Virus record (IMG/VR): IMGVR_UViG_3300043424_000108
Location: 17,370 to 81,369 of that record
Reading direction: 5' to 3' (one strand)
Source of the DNA: a virus
DNA length: 64,000 nucleotides
The notes under the pieces are model-generated. The model worked only from the letters and a program-made list of their open reading frames with translations, was not told the origin of the DNA and did not search any database. The position numbers and the translations under genes are program-made. Positions 18,401 through 30,900 of this stretch are shown here, piece after piece (the stretch's first letter is position 1; every line of letters begins with the position of its first letter).

Positions 18401-18905
18401 TTTTAATTGCATCAATCTCTGCTTGAATCTCCGCTTTACTTTGTGGTCTATTACCAAAAAAAGCATCTCTTTGGAATTGTACATTTTTTGCATTAATTAA
18501 TAAAGATACTATACTACCTTCTTTTTTAGCGTACCCTTTAGCCTCCCTTTTATCAGTACTTACATAGAAAACGTTACCTCCAAAAATGTTTTTTGAAAAA
18601 TCTACTTCATCAAACTTTTTCCCTTTAGTACCATGATAAACAATATCTTTTACTTTACTATCTGGAAAGATAGTATCTAAGTATGCGGAGTATTGTTCTT
18701 GTGTGCCTACAGAAGCTAACTCAGGATTGGTCACAAACAACTCCTCTACTCCCTCCTTAATGGTTGACTTAGGCAAGTTGTAATATTTAGCAGGTACTTC
18801 TCCCTGATACTTATCCCAGAGATAGTAAGCATACTCTGGGACTATAGATTGAAGTTTCTCAAATTGAGCCTTTATAGTTGGGTCTGATAGGTTAGGACAA
18901 AACAT
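12465..18905 (-). CDS. Giant polyvalent virion cargo protein (ART-like and zincin domains)
   Basis: 2146 aa; VYHGT...FYVS...A..YA ART-like segment; PWHEFGH...EE zincin motif; adjacent to the virion RNAP. Confidence 0.75.
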   Translation of the reverse strand: MFCPNLSDPTIKAQFEKLQSIVPEYAYYLWDKYQGEVPAKYYNLPKSTIKEGVEELFVTNPELASVGTQEQYSAYLDTIFPDSKVKDIVYHGTKGKKFDEVDFSKNIFGGNVFYVSTDKREAKGYAKKEGSIVSLLINAKNVQFQRDAFFGNRPQSKAEIQAEIDAIKNSKFALEFIGEVVEIEVFPTLAEATEFSERNSGWEPLTEHIKESKLKELNNYLTNTQEFDTVLTNNDAGEKTIYIVNQDEQVHILGNKQDIAGFKKFVASNVMPTTMFSRKDAKFVSDRFIRLERQYDFVRGIQTSPEYWNMSMEEKKRYVASKHFQEILPAIQGLDSVRVEGNKIYLSETKRVKSPGALYNYAVRLKENINAMFPLAYSNPPAYVRELSDGQTLIEFDLNGSYTIPFLQAVETLEEESMRTEMELFEIQENLGKEKAAIMEKLQSANELLIDGEVLPLNGLMFQKNFSLKQALKDPKIKAYGQVLDKLASRFPGVTWKWNNEIAEAARVNLSTGEIELNPELIQEDTPWHEFGHFVVRGIRESNPELFEQLKAEVKRLHEESPTSSAYSFVEDAYPDYVGSESFWEEVIVTELGRQAVTKANRSLFDKVFDWFKSLLRSFKVGVTPISNMSNLVESLVNPSNLFEVIPTNSAIEDYMFQRIVPQDQVDALTQYVVTTPGGQFEFQTYAEKIQKIASAISDSEFKKILDTNRFLGLGNESLQRSLDAIKQVKNILTKEDVAASVLELADYLEYNSIYLQGLIRHLDNILNDPNIPSGKKLGDLHRTYKQALAIEKHVKKIESLFDTSVLKKMYRAEVQKDAFLKNLSWIKTAINTIKEDHATNIQAPVFNELADSLSQQAVDIAAQFDSDIAKLKSRTQTPAIAKRIAELEKEKAESIPTPENIKKFLADPNSPWYLAWESAMSTKTPSVQIIANYIRGINNEFQENLKPIARDWQDLMDDIAASEGSFFGSAMDTKNFYKPFIRETVLYEVIDGKLVKDKKVISLNTKIKTIELRNRATELNYLVEYGETEEIRNKAEEDLKKFYEEYTERPFTDEYYAIQKLLPDDVKEKRNRIYQEIGAIREEFGTGEIDEHTIERLKEKEKEIYELERIYDEAGELKTGKAYEDAIAIQKWKETKRNAEVMNFVLTDDSRAVFEKMLASKKADLAKGLITQDAYNKWASVHTRTTYTQEFYDTRQIILDDIQRLLSNRGSMQDLYSGLFNLLLGTKDRNGVYDPVQVTDKQVVKAKELELQIEEIKSLLKQDSPLDKDTKSKLGALIEKLQDLQSNVNSEYYESAVRNQKDSIRTQVTTENPDLDTQSIEKIVEARYKNSVWYQNNHITKFRFNPETRVVQEVVEPLFMWRVTRPNNPNYIEKDAPSSLWYKSVIRPEFKNPKYKPKEITFKEVTGGEYYNSNYDNLTSTQKQLLERMRVLHYRSQENLYQKDKLGDLIPGMRKTKGEFVDLIKLKANIVKQFFKNILSYFKGDRDSFSDEDDIYGDAYQTDAFGDPVTRESRRLFNRYARTLPIEEQSYDIMTAMASYATSSERFKVMRKYQSTVLTMEEVMSAGKEESGASKVIADLIDRELYGKVLEDKNNSVALRVGNSLFSGVSNVAGFKTLGFNLMSLPQNWISGHLKILSQLGFYHITAKDLVRAHGDTSGISKEFYLTYNQFGAKSYRVSLVDYFTGTQALANQASEINNKGLAKYGKAWKAVSTLRDFTEFDIAAVTTYAFLNKYRVPVKGSTETIRLKDAFELRDGVIQPKPSVDVSFEFVQRVRKEIQLANERAQGIYSLEAQPTMAKHAWFRSIMFLKKWVIPDLKSTWGSETIHYGAGIKTIGSHRAALNFLMDTVYFDKGRMYNTWKYSSDTQKAGLKQFAVQLATYTVLANLIVQMSLALNCEEDAESDWKDYVCLGAKRTANEAEGVFTGWGINEMMFTYVAEQANGVSIFEKIGWAAMGPFSVWRKFVTDGDLYSTDPYYKYRPNSNKVDWDRTHPMQAGEMGLAVLGMEFLGLKGAFIGPKSVEFQNRAFNDYAPKTYTKELRTRYKKDYEGLEIMPTRTRLAQEKKLFKKQLKEIQEETAKYVSRGERVPESVNNKLKTLRDNYKKRIEGIKAGKIDESSPIAYPFMNLLGDRRGLDVTPEPEEE

Positions 18906-18913
18906 GGTTAATA

Positions 18914-18921
18914 CAAATATA
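18914..18921 (-). promoter_or_regulatory. TAnnTTTG promoter element
   Basis: TATATTTG in the 22-nt gap, 8 nt before the ATG. Confidence 0.55.
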
Positions 18922-18927
18922 ACTTAA

Positions 18928-21900
18928 TTAGCAATTTTTACTTAGATTATTATTTAGTTCACGAAGCTTACTGAAAGATTCTTGTAGAAGTTTTCCAGAC
19001 TCTAGGTCAGAGAACTGAGTAACATCAAAGGTACTAAGTTCGGGAGTAGCCTGAATTCGAGTAGCCTTATTATAAGAGTCTACGAGGAATCTAGCGTCAG
19101 CTGGAGTCATCTCTGTTCCTACTAAGCTTTTTCCTGCCTTCTGAAGGTCTCTCAGTGTTTCCAAAAACTTCTCCTTGAATTGGTTAAGACCTTTAGGATT
19201 CTCTGAGATAAAGTCTACAATATCCTGTACTTCAATCTCTTGACCACTTTGAGCAGATAAAGATAAAGCAACTTGGTCAATATTCTCATAAGGCTCTCCG
19301 CTCTTGCTTGTACGACCTACATAGTCTTTTATTCCAGGAGTATTAGATACATTAAAGAGTCTATTGTCGTAAGCCTGTCTAACACTCTCAGAATTAATCT
19401 TTCCTCCTAAAAAGAAGTCGTATATAACTCCGACTTTAGTCCCCCCAACAATACTTTCAAAGTTAAAGTTTTTATCAAAGAACACTATTTGTTGAGCAAT
19501 CTCGTAAGGGTTATTGCTTTTTTGGATTACCAAATCTACAGTCTCTTCTTCTGTAACAGGTTCAACAAATACTCCTGTATTAAAGATAGTAGGATTAATA
19601 CTAATCTGACTTCGTAAAGACTTTGATCTGGTCTCTGGAGACTTGTGTTTAGCAACTATTCCAGCCGAAGTCTTGAGGTAAATGCTAGCAACTTCAGTAG
19701 CAGAAATTTCTTCTTTCTCTTCCAGCTGCAATTCAGACTGTTTTACTACTGACATGTCTACTGTATTAGGTCTAGAAAGAACATAATCTTTATAGTAGTT
19801 TAGTGCAGGTGGTACATCAAGTCTTCTAAACTCAGGATGATTCTCATTAAACCTAGCTATAAACTGAGTAATGTAAGGAGTAGTACCTTCCTCAGGAGTT
19901 ACATCAAGCTCTTCAACAAAATTATTAATTATGTCTGTCATAGGAAGAGTATAGATAGACTCAGGAATTAATGGTAGGTAAGAGTCAAACTTTTTATTCA
20001 ACTGAGTACCTATGATTCCTGCATAAACAAAAGCTCTAAAGAATCCTTGCATATCCCCAATCAAATCGCTATCTGAAGGATTGTTAGGATCTAATGCAGG
20101 GTGAGACCAATTTAATCCTTTTTCAAACTCTTCTTTAAGAATATCTACTGAGTAGTTTAAATCTGTCTGAGTAATACCTGTACGTACATAATCGGAGTCT
20201 ACTTCTGAGTTGATTGATACCATATTAAAGACATCGTTCTCAGCTGTAATACCTCTTGAAGCCAATCTAGATTTTAAGTTAAGATACATTGATCCTATGT
20301 TACCAGGATTTTTCTTATCTAGGTAAGTCTCAAATTCTCTTACTTCTGGTACATTGTTAATGAACAGGCTATACAACAAGTCATTCTTAAACGTACGAGA
20401 CAGTTTGTCGTAGTCTAGTTTGCGGTTAGCAGTCTTAAGTCTAGCATACTCTACTAGGATTTTGTTAGTAATCTTAGAGTTAGCAGATATTGGGAATACT
20501 TCTACAAACTTGTCTAACACATCTTGTTGAATCTGATAAGGAGATACTACACTATTATAGATAATGTCATTAAGTCCTTCTTGGTTAAATATCTTATACT
20601 CTTTAGTACCTGGCTTTACATACTTAGCCAACTCTACTACACTTGATCTGAAAGACTCAAAGTTTTGTGGAGAAAATGTATCGTAGTCAACCGAAAGAGA
20701 TATAGTAGCAAGATCTCTAGTTTGATCCTCCAACTCCAAAAACAAACCTAACCTAGCCAAATCATGATAAGCATCTTCTACCTCTAACAAATTTTGTTTA
20801 GCAGTCTCAGGAGTGAGATTAGATCTAAACTTATTGTTAACGTTTCTCTTAAGTGCTGAACGACTTATTACGCCATACTTAGTAGTAGACTTTGCAATCA
20901 ATTCCCTAACTACGTGCCCCTCAGGTACTCTTGATAGTATGTCTTTTGTAATAGAATCTAAAGATTCTCCCTTTGAATACCTTAAGATAGAAGATCTTAT
21001 TTTCCTACCTTCTTCATCTAATCCTGCTGACCTATTGATTATATTTACAATATCATTGAAGCGAGTTCCTGCCATAGTAACATAGTTTACTACAGGAGTA
21101 ATAACGTTGTTCAATCCAATACGTGCAATACCATCATTCTTTTCAATGTCCACGTGTGCGTTAATCATTTCACCAGTCAACAAAGAAATAGGTTCTCCAT
21201 CTACATTATAAACTCTACTGAAGTCAATATATCCTTCTTCTGTACGATTAGCATCTAGTATGTATTCATAGATAGCAGCTTTATCTTGTCTGTAGAATTT
21301 AGTCTTCTGAAGTAAAGAATGGAATACGTTATTCTTAGCGTCAGTACCTAGAGAGTTTTTATAAGTATTCAAAGAGAACACATACAGCTGATAGATAGGA
21401 TTGATAATATTAGTTAAGTCTGCAGTTGCAGCAGGAGATACGTTACCAAATTCTTTTACTGCTGCATCAATCCTCTTGATTTCGTTAGGCGTAATTAATG
21501 CTTGGAATACTTCTGGCTGACTCATTCTTTCAGCCATATTAAGCAACAATGCATTTGTGTACTGACCTCTAATACTCTTTAACTGTTTAGTAAGACTAGT
21601 ATTCTCCTCAATAATATCTGCAATAGTGTCATTAATATACCCAATCTCTTGAGAAAGTTCTCTGTCGCTTGCTGTAGACAAAACAAAACGAATTGCTTTA
21701 ATTCTGGATTTAACTTCGTCACTAACCTTAGACTTAGTCTCAGAAATTCCACTAGTGAATTTTTCTTGTAGTCTAAGTAAGTCTGCTGCTGTAACTCCTG
21801 CTTCAACCAACTCTTCCTCTTCTACACCTTTCAAAGACTGTAATTCTAGATAAAGTTCTTTTAACTTAGTGTCAGGATTAAATCCTTTTTCAGTCAATAG

Positions 21901-24900
21901 ATCACGTAACTCATTGACTAATAGATTCTTGTCTGCAACGAAAGTTCTAATAGTTTCTTTGTTCTCGTGGATCTTATCAAGAATAGCATTCTTAGTTGCA
22001 AGTGCTTCTTCAGGAGACTGAAACTCACGAGTAGAAATCATAGTACCATCTTGTTCTAGGTGAGGATCATAACAGAACAATTTATCAATATCGTAATCCG
22101 AACCAGACTTAACAACCATCTCATCTGGAACCAAGATGATCTCTCCACTTTCCTCAGGTAGGAACTCAACTACTTCAAAGCTTTCAATAGTGTTGTAACC
22201 TGAACCTGGAATACGGATAGCCATCATAGCCAATTGAGAAGCATTATCCATCCTAAACTTAGGATTCTGTATTGCTTCGTTTAATCTAGTTAAAGCAGTA
22301 TGTGGATTAAATGGTTTTCCATTAGCATCCAATTCGCCAATAGGCTCTCCGTCTACAGGAGAGATAAGATTAAGCAAAGGATAGTAACCTTTAGAGAAAG
22401 ATACTATTACTTCTGCTTTAGTTACCTTTCCTCCCTGTACATCATAATAAGCAAGTTTTCTGCTTGGACGAATCAAAGAAACAGGATACTGTACTCTCTG
22501 TGCTCCAGGAACTTTCTGGCGTATTACTTGGTTTCGTACACTAGACACAATAGCACTCTCCATAATAGTACGATCAATCATACTATCTAGGGTGTGCATC
22601 AGAGTTCCGTCTGCTTTAAGTTGAAGAAGATCTTTAGTAGACTCGGAAGCGTTCTTCTTAGAAATTTCTCTAATCAAGAACTCTACAAGTTTCTGCTTAT
22701 CTGCTAACTGCTCTAGGAAATTAATCTTATCAAAGTTTGTAAGACTTTCAATAATATTTTTGTACTCTCCGTAAAGTTCTTCCTCTTTCTCACTAACCAA
22801 GTCTTTGTAAATAAGTTTACGCAACTGGGTACTGAAGATATTGTTAAAGTCTTCTTTGTTTTCTACTAGTACCTGTTCTTTCAAGTACTTCATATCAATA
22901 ACTCCAGTAGGACTAGCCTGTGGATCTACTTTATTCTTATCGTCGAACAAACTTACTGATTCTACTGTTTCGGCTATCTTAGTACCTGATTCAAATACAG
23001 CATAGTCTGCAGAAGAAGCGTGCAACTTTTGAAGAATTCCTTCTAGTTCAGCATCATTCACCATCTCCGAAGGAAGAATAGGCTTCATAGAGTACTTGTG
23101 GAATACAGGTACCGATTCTCCACTTTCTATCTTATTGTGTCCAGAGTACTGTAACTTCTTAATAGTAAACTTATAGAAGGGACCTTGGTTTAATAAATCT
23201 AACAATTCTTTCCTAAGTGCCTCTTGTTCATATTCTGGAGCAGTTTTGATCTCTAAATGTTTCTTGTAGATAGCATCCTGTCTCTTAAACTCATCTACCA
23301 TCTCAGGAGTAAGACCTGACTTAGTCAAAGCATAGAATTTACGGAAAAAGTCTAGGGTACAAAAAGCTGCAGCATCTTGTTTAGCTGCTTTTTTGTTATT
23401 AGTATATGCTTCTTTACTTTTACCGTATACTTTGCTTTTAGATGCAGTAACAGACTTAACTAGTTGGTCTTCTAAAACTAAGTAAGAGATCTGATCAGCA
23501 TTAGCTCTATTAGGATTAACCTTGATTCCTGTTTTGTTAGCATAGGCCTGGAAAGCGTCCCTACCAGAATACATAGTCAAACCAGACTTATTAGAAGTCA
23601 AGTACTCTAGATTCTGCAAATCTAAGGTAGCATAACTACCAAAGGCATTCCAAGCACTTAAACGCTTTTCAATGTCTTTAGGGTTCTTGTAATAGTAAGG
23701 ATGATTAAAGAATATCTTATGTTGTTCAATACGAGACACAGCAGAAAAGAAGTGATACTTCATCAATTCTGGAGTTGTAAGTGCGTAGTCATTCCCTAAG
23801 ATTGCCTTAGACTTATTTGCCTGTGCCCTTATGTAGAAGTTAAACCTAGTTAAAATGTCTTTGTACTCAGGCATTCCTTCAAAGATGTCTTTTAGACTCT
23901 TTCCAGGTTCTGGAGATTTGAAAGCATTAAGTAAAGCTGTTCTTTGTCCAGCATTAAATATTTTATGGAAGTAAGCCAACTTAGGACTAGAGTCCTCATC
24001 ATAAGCAGCAATCCTGTACTTAGAAGAGTTTTTAAGGGTAACATCTACCTCTGACTTAATTAATGGAAGTATGATACTATTAAACAAATCAGTAGGAACT
24101 CCGTTATACACAGAGAAAGCGTCAGCTTCATTATTTCCCACCTGTAATCCAATATGTTCACGTAACTTTCTTTCTAGTACTAAGGCTCTTGTAGTAGACT
24201 TACCACTTAAGCGGTTAATTTCTTCTATACCATAGCGAGTCAATCCAATAATATCTACATAGTGCTTCTTAGATTCATTTGCATCAATAGTCTTCTCACC
24301 TTCGTAGCTAGTCTTAATACCTAACAAGTTTCCTAACTCTACCTTACGAGGAACAAGTTGATTCCCGATTTTATCTACAATACGATTACCTCCATTATTG
24401 AATAAGTAAGTTAATACGAAAGATCCTTGTACACCTGGGTTATTCTTAGGGTTAAGGTGAGGCAACTCCTCGTACACACTATCTATAGTAGGGTAAAGGA
24501 CTGAGTCGTTAAGTACACCAAGTACCTTACTCATGAAAGTGTGTTGGTTAACAGACCATATTTGTTTTTGGTCTGCATTGTAACGCATGTCATCTACATA
24601 CTCAGGATTTGCTTGTACCTCATACTGAATGATTGCAGAAATGTTTCTATTCTCCCCATCTACTTTCTTTTTGCCCTTAGGTGTTGATATCTCGTGCTCA
24701 ATAGACAAGTCTGCTAAGGGAGACATTATGTACTTCTTTACCTGAGAAAGTGAAGATAGCTTTTCGTAAATAAGTCTAACTCTGCTTTCTTGGATAGTCG
24801 CATCTTCGTTCAAGAACAACTCTACTGCTGCAGGACTAAGATTAAATCCTAGAGGAGTCAACATGTTATACAACGCTTGGTTGTAGTCTCTGTAGTCTTC

Positions 24901-27900
24901 TTGATCCTTAGGAGCAGGAGGCACACCAGGGAAATTACCAAAGTACTTTTGTGTATTTAAGTAGAAAGTTCCTGTCTCTTCGTTCCTTGCTGTATAGGGA
25001 GTACTAGTAAGAGAGAAGTCTAGGTCATACTTTTTACGGATGTTTAGAGAATCCAAAGAGTTCGCTTGGAATACTCGTACCTCAGAAATGTTACCTTCTT
25101 CATCTCTTTTGATGTTTGCAGTATAACCCTCAATGTAAGGCATGCTGAACAAGCTAAAGAATTCATTCTTAAAGTTCATACTGCTTGTTCTAGCAATAGA
25201 ACTGTCTGGTGCTGGAAGATACTGCAGAAATTGATTGAATTGAGGATACTCTTCTGCAATCTCTTCTACACGACTATATAAGTCTGCATAAGAGTTTGTT
25301 CCAGATAACCTACGCTGAAGAATGTTCCAGTTAGTATTAAAGTCGCTTAGTATTGTTGTTCCATATATAGGATGGAATACCATACGTCCGTTTTCATACT
25401 TAGGCAGCGTTCTAAGAGCATTAACCAATACTTGTGAGGCTAACTGCTTATTCGACATTTCATTTACGCTAGCCTCATATGATGCAAATTCAGAGTTTAC
25501 TTTTTCAAACTCTTCGATACGCTCATTCAATATCTGTTTTTTGATATTATCTTCAAAGATGCTAGAGTTGAGTTTATGAAACTGTGCTGCAGACTGAAAG
25601 TTGTCTAGTAAGTCTACAAGTTGGTTTATCTTAGGAATTAAAGATTGATTGTTTGTTTTCTCGTATTCTTTTGTAAGTGCTTCATAGTCGTTAAACAAAG
25701 ACTTCTCCATGTAGGAATAAACTATGTTAGCATTCTTGCCACTAGATACAATGTTTACAAAGTTTATGCCCTTGTCTTTAAATTGATTGTTTGCAATACT
25801 TACGTAGATACTATCTAAGTCATCTAACAGAGCTTTTGAGTCCTTGAATGATAAAGTATGACTTACTCCTTCAGAATCTTGATAACTATACTTACCAGAA
25901 TACAGTTTAGTAAAGTACTGATTAGACTCGTTACGTTTGAACTGAGTCAAGTTACCTTTGTGCAAACGAGAGAAGTAATGATCTATTGTCTTCTTATCAG
26001 AGAATAGATTAGAGATAAAGTCCCAGATTTGTTTAAAGATAGATTTAGATTCCTTTGCTTTCTTCAAAGCTTCAGGCATAGTAACTCCACCACTTAAAGC
26101 ATAAGCTCTAAAGTCTTCTGCTAGTCTTTCCTCTAGTTCTACAAAAGACAAATCTCCATAGATGCTTCTTGCTTCTGCATACAAAGCTGATTTCTGCTCA
26201 GGAGTTAAATAAAGCTGAGAGAATTCATGCCATGCTTCATGGTAAGCCTCTGCGTAATTAGCTCCCTCAAACAAGAAGATACCTGCCTTAGACCACACAG
26301 CATAAGCTTCAGGATGACTGATAGTGTTATTAAAGATGAAAGGAGTATTCTTAAATATAGGGTGATTACTTACCCAGGCTTTTGCTTGTTGATTTTGTTT
26401 TTCAGTAATTTGATTGTCTAATAATCTTTCCCTAAAGAACTCTGACTCACTCGGACTGATATTATCAGGAAGCAAAGTAGGTCTAGTTCTTACTTTTCTA
26501 GGCTGTTGTCCAGTAGGTTGAGTGGGTTGATCAGCAGGTTGCTCTACAGGAAGGACAACAACAGGTTCAGGAATAACGTTAATGTTATCGTTTACTACGT
26601 CTACTGTAGAGTTATCAGATACTTTGTAGTCAGAACTGAATGAAAGACTTCTATTTTCCTCTCTTAAGAAGGTTGCACCAAACTCAGGACTTTTAATAAA
26701 GTCTGTATAAGTATCAAAGTTCTTGGTACTTATTTCATTGTTTTTATTTACAACTAATGCTTGGTAAGGTTTATTTTGTTTTACTAAAGACTCTCTTACT
26801 AGCTTGTAAGAAGTCTCACCCATCTTAAGCAAATCTTCTTGTTGGTTTTGAGAGTTTCTGTAGTAGTTCTTACCGTCTTGCCCAACTTCTACATACTTTA
26901 CTATAAGTTTTTGTGAAGCAGTTGCACACAAGTACAGATTTGATTTTTTAAAGAATCTAATTCCTGTGGTTTGCTTTCCTTCTTTAATGCCCTTAATATA
27001 AACAGAGTTTATCTGCTGGCTTAAATACTCTAAGAAAGCAGCAGCATTAGTTCTAATAGACTCATCTATGGTAGTAGGCAAAGTACCTTCGTTAAAGGCA
27101 TTAACTAGTACCTGCAACGTATTACCATTAGTAGGAATATTAACACCTGTATAAGGGTTACGTACATTTTCTTTTTCAAGATGAACACTACCAGGCTTAA
27201 GTAAATAGTCCTTTTGTGCACCTCGACGTGGGATTACAAGTCCATTAGGAGTAGTAATTACCTTAATAGACTCTCCTACCGCTTGACTCAATGGTCTAAC
27301 CTTGCTAAAACCAGGTACAATTCCTTCAATACGTGAGGTAACTATTTTTCCTTTTGCTACGGTAGCCCTAATTTCTTTTAGCTTAGGACTTGCAGTTGAG
27401 TCAGGAAGTAAAGCAACAAATACATTTCCAGTAGTGCTAGAAGTAGGTCTTCCTTGAGGGTTGAATCTAATAAGGTCTCCCTTAGAGTCTACAAACACAC
27501 TTCCTACACCTGACCCCAACAACTTAGGATTATTCAATACAGCTCCCACAAAACTCTTATCGTGTAAAGGAATCTGTTGTCTGTTGAAGACTTCAACTAA
27601 TCTAGCTTTCTCTTCTTCGTTTAATGACTTTTTCTGTCTAAGTTCTTCGATTGTTGCGTAGTCTTGGTCACTCAATATAAACTTATAGATTCCCATCATA
27701 GATTGAATCCGTATGCTCATATCTCTATAGGTACCAGAACGTGTATCTTCTGAGTAAGAAGTAATAATATCTGAACCTAAGTTAATAGTAGAATCATCAT
27801 AAGAGTTGTCAGTCACAGAATCTACGGTAGGCATAGAAAGATACAAGCCATCTATCGCTCTTAACTTTACTTCTTTGATCTCTGAATTTACATTATCTTG

Positions 27901-30900
27901 GTTAATCTCAAAGTTATCACTAAACACAACCTCAGGATCTTCTTCTTCTAGTATTCCTGATTCTTCTAGTACCTCATTACTTATAGTATCAGGGGTATTA
28001 GTTACTTCAGATTCATTAGCTACATTAGTAGGGTTATCTGATAAGTTCTGAATACTAGATAAGCGAGTTAATAACTGTTCTAGAAGATCTCTTCTTCCAG
28101 GACTTATAAAATCTAAAGAACTCACATCTACTACACCCGCTTTAATAGAATCAAAGACAATCTCTACCTCTGCTTCGTGATTAGAGAACAAAGCCAATAA
28201 TGCGCTTCTTACCTTACTAACACTTCCTAGATTAGAAACGTTGTTATAGATTGCAGTATTTCTTTGGGAGATAAAGATCTTTCTATCTTCGTCATCCATC
28301 TCGTTATCACTTAGTACTTCATTTAAGTCTTCTAAGTCTTGGATAAACGCATTGTAGACATCTTGATCTACATCATCTCTTCTTCCTGGGATATTAACTA
28401 CTGGACTAGGAGTTACTACTGGTGCAGAAGGAGTAGCGGAGAAGTTGTTGACTACGGAAACATTAGGCGCTACTTCCATAGCAATCTTATTCATCTCAAT
28501 AATCTTTGCTCTAGAGTTTTCACGAGATAATCCCCTAGTAGAGATACTGTAAAGGTTGTTTTGGATAGCGTCTACATCATTTTGCAGATCAGTAATAGTA
28601 TTTGGGTTCTGTTCTTTTTGGACTCTATGTTCTTCTAATTCAGCAGCAAGAACAAATCTCTGAAAATCGTTTAAATGATCGTGAGCACCTTCTTCTAATT
28701 CTCCAGTTGCCAACTCGTCCTCAGACAATTCAGCAATTGCAAGTTGTCTCTCTTGTATGTTTTTAGTTTCAGGGTTTCTTAAGTTCTTAGGTACTTCACT
28801 TTGGAACTCATCTCCTGTTAGCTGCATTCTTGTCTCTAATTCCTCTTGAATAGATCTAATAAGCTGAGGAACAGATTCATCATAGGTTTTAGGTCCCTGA
28901 ACTTGTTCAGCAACTAATGGAGCGTTCTGCAATTCAAACTTAGCATCAATACCTTGAATTCTATCAAGAGCAGGCATAAAGGTATCTCTTGCTAATGTTA
29001 ACTCCAAAGAAGTAAGTTGTTCTGGATTAGTCTCTAGAGTATTTCTGAAAGTGTTTACTCTTTCTACAATATTTGCATCGACTGTAGATTGAAACTTCTT
29101 ATATTGTTCACTTACAAACTCGTATCTCTCGTCCCCTACAGGTACACTCAATAAAGATTGTCTTGTTTGTTCTGCTATACCCAACAAAGAGGTAAGTCTG
29201 GTTTCAGGACTTATTGCTGCTTTTGCTTGACTATCAAACAACTTAGAGATAATTGCTTTTTTATCTGCTTCCTCTAAGCCAGCATATTTGTCAGCGAGTT
29301 TCTTTGTGGTAAGAATCTCTTTGCTAGTCTTAGCCAAAGAGTCTTCGTATTCTTTTAATTGTTCTGGGGATAGTTGAGTGGGGTCTACATTCAACAAATC
29401 TTCTTGAAACAACTGATTATTAAAATAGCTAAACTGAAGTTCTTTGTCATCTAACAGGTTTGTTAGATTCTTAATATTCTTCATTTCAGGAATAGAATCC
29501 AGTCTTCTAGATAGATTATCTACTGCGGCTGTTTGCTTTAATCCTTCTTCTTTAGTTAACTTATTTAATTGTACTTTGTTAGCAATAAGCTGTTTGTACT
29601 TTTCAGGGTTGTTTGCAATATTCCATCTTGCTTGGTCAAGTCGTTCCTTTTTTATAGCACTCTTAGAAAATGCAGTTGTAGCTCCTGAGACAAACAAAGA
29701 AGGAATAAACCCTTCTACAAATGTATCTAAGAAAGCATCTCCAGTAATTTGATTAGTTTCTTCTACTTCAAAGTTCTGAGAAGAAGCATACTTGTCTACA
29801 AAGTAATTTCCTACAAGTGAACCAAGTTCTTCTATAGACTCCTGAGATGCTCCTGACAAAGTTCTGCGTATTGCAGCAGGGGCCATCAACATAGCCGCCT
29901 TAGATGGACTCAATGCTCCCTTAGGTAACAATCCTAAAAGTAGATCTCTTTGAGTAGTTAAGCGACTTAAGTTAGCAGGGTCTAGTTTACCTAACTTAGC
30001 AAAAGCAGGATCTAATGCACCAAAGGCTACCTTGCCACTAAACATGTTAACATCAGGAACAATAGTTTCAGTAAGACCTTCTACTCCTGCCCTCATCAAT
30101 GCTACTTTAAATGCAGCATCTCCATTTTTAAAATTAGAACGTTCTTCTGCGTAGAATCTAGGGAAAGTAGTAGATGTTACTACACCCATGGTTGAGATTC
30201 TTGGTGCCCAGTTCTTTACAAAGCTAGCTGTACCTGCTTCACTTAATCCAGCAGCAGCTCCAATTCTTCCATAAGTTAGTCCAGCACCTCTACCGATAGC
30301 ACCAACTCCTTTAGACAAAAGAATAGTTGTAGCTACATCTGTAGCAATAGGCAATACCTGTTCTGCAGCAGACCAAAGATTCCAAGTTTTGTTACCGTTT
30401 TTATCTGTCCAACTAACTTGGCTCATAGTTACCCTGTTACCGTGAATGTCACGAGTAATCTCAGAGTCATCAATTTTGTTGTTTTTGTTTAAGTCTTTTC
30501 CTACAAAATATGTTGGAGGAGCAGCATACTCTGCATCTGACTTAATTTTGTATCCTAGTTCTTCTGCTCCAGCAAGGTAAGCTAGTCCTGATACCTGCTT
30601 AAGGAAGTTAGATTTAATTTGTTGACCTGATCTGTAGAGAGTTTCTCCTATAGAACCTTGATCACCTTCAGCCAACATTTCATTTCTATAGACTTCTTGT
30701 TTCTCTCTTTCCTTCTTACGAGTATACTGTTCGGGATAAAACTGCTTTAAGTAGTTGTCCTCTATAGTATACGGCTTCAGTTTGTTACTTAAGTTTTTAG
30801 AGTAGTTAAGTTCTTTACTTACGTTTGCTTTTTGTAAAGCTAAAGCGTTCTTTTCCTGTTGGTTTACAGACTGTTTAATTTGTGCATCGAGATCAGAAAT

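Noticed and set aside
12915-29752. Short + strand ORFs opposite the two giant genes
   Set aside because: Shadow ORFs with no motifs, promoters or plausible composition
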